A stretch of 64,000 nucleotides of DNA from Callorhinchus milii. Lineage: Eukaryota. The stretch's first letter is position 1. Every line of letters starts with the position of its first letter. Both the position numbers and the translations under genes were made by a program. This document shows, one piece after another, positions 63,648 through 64,000 of the stretch. The stretch spans positions 98,706,001-98,770,000 of the forward strand of contig NW_024704743.1 in the NCBI RefSeq assembly GCF_018977255.1, read 5' to 3'. Below the pieces are notes generated by a model. The model did not search any database. It was not told the DNA's origin and saw only the letters and a program-made list of their open reading frames with translations.

Positions 63648-63976
63648 GGGAGTCCTGCAGCTCAGTGGTTAGAGCACTCGCTTTGCAAGCGAGAGACCTG
63701 AGTTCAATTCCAGGCAGATGGCGAAACCTTGGGCAAGTTTCCTTACTCCACACAGAGCCGAATAATAATCCCTCCAAAACAAAACAATAATAAATTGGTC
63801 ATCTTCAATCTACGACTGTTTGTGGGACATTGCTGTGCGCAATCGGCTGCCGCCTTCGCCCACAAATACACAGTCAATTCACTTTGCAGTGCGTTCTGTG
63901 AAGCGCTTCGGGACGTCCTCCCGACGTGAAAAGCGCTATATCAAAATGCAAGGATTATTATTATGATTATTATTAT
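63648..63976 (+). mobile_element. tRNA-derived SINE, short form with L2-identical tail
   Basis: Full copy, CACACAGAGCC variant; inverted relative to 62911-63231. Confidence 0.93.
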
Positions 63977-64000
63977 AGTGCAACAACGGGCAAGTGCCGG

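Noticed and set aside
54620..64000. CHRAC1 or another protein-coding gene upstream
   Set aside because: No histone-fold or other recognisable coding exon; only transposon-derived ORFs.
63980..64000. caacaacgggcaagtgccgg resembling a Helitron 3' hairpin
   Set aside because: Truncated by the window edge; the CTRR end cannot be seen.

Overview
Vertebrate genomic DNA, most likely from a cartilaginous fish. The repeat families resemble shark/chimaera elements from recall, so the taxon is an inference. The minus strand carries the 5' part of TRAPPC9 (NIBP): a CpG-island promoter and probable non-coding exon 1 near 53.2-54.6 kb, then eight coding exons (584, 146, 129, 27, 122, 126, 217 and 144 nt). 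All are GT-AG and in phase, totalling 1495 coding nt, and the gene continues beyond position 1. Introns and the upstream region are packed with L2- and CR1-clade LINE fragments, a young tRNA-Ala-derived SINE sharing its 3' tail with the L2, older Deu-type SINEs, and relics of hAT, mariner and Helitron-like elements. Most notable: (1) a minimal type I hammerhead ribozyme motif inside a Penelope-type inverted-repeat element in intron 2, sense to the pre-mRNA, with a decayed second copy beside the promoter; (2) a 27-nt frame-preserving microexon with downstream RBFOX motifs; (3) a visible SINE module/tail-swap series, including a SINE-L2 chimera; (4) an unclassified A-tailed retroposon family; (5) splice donors suggesting a divergent transcript from the promoter. 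Repeat boundaries are approximate (read by eye).
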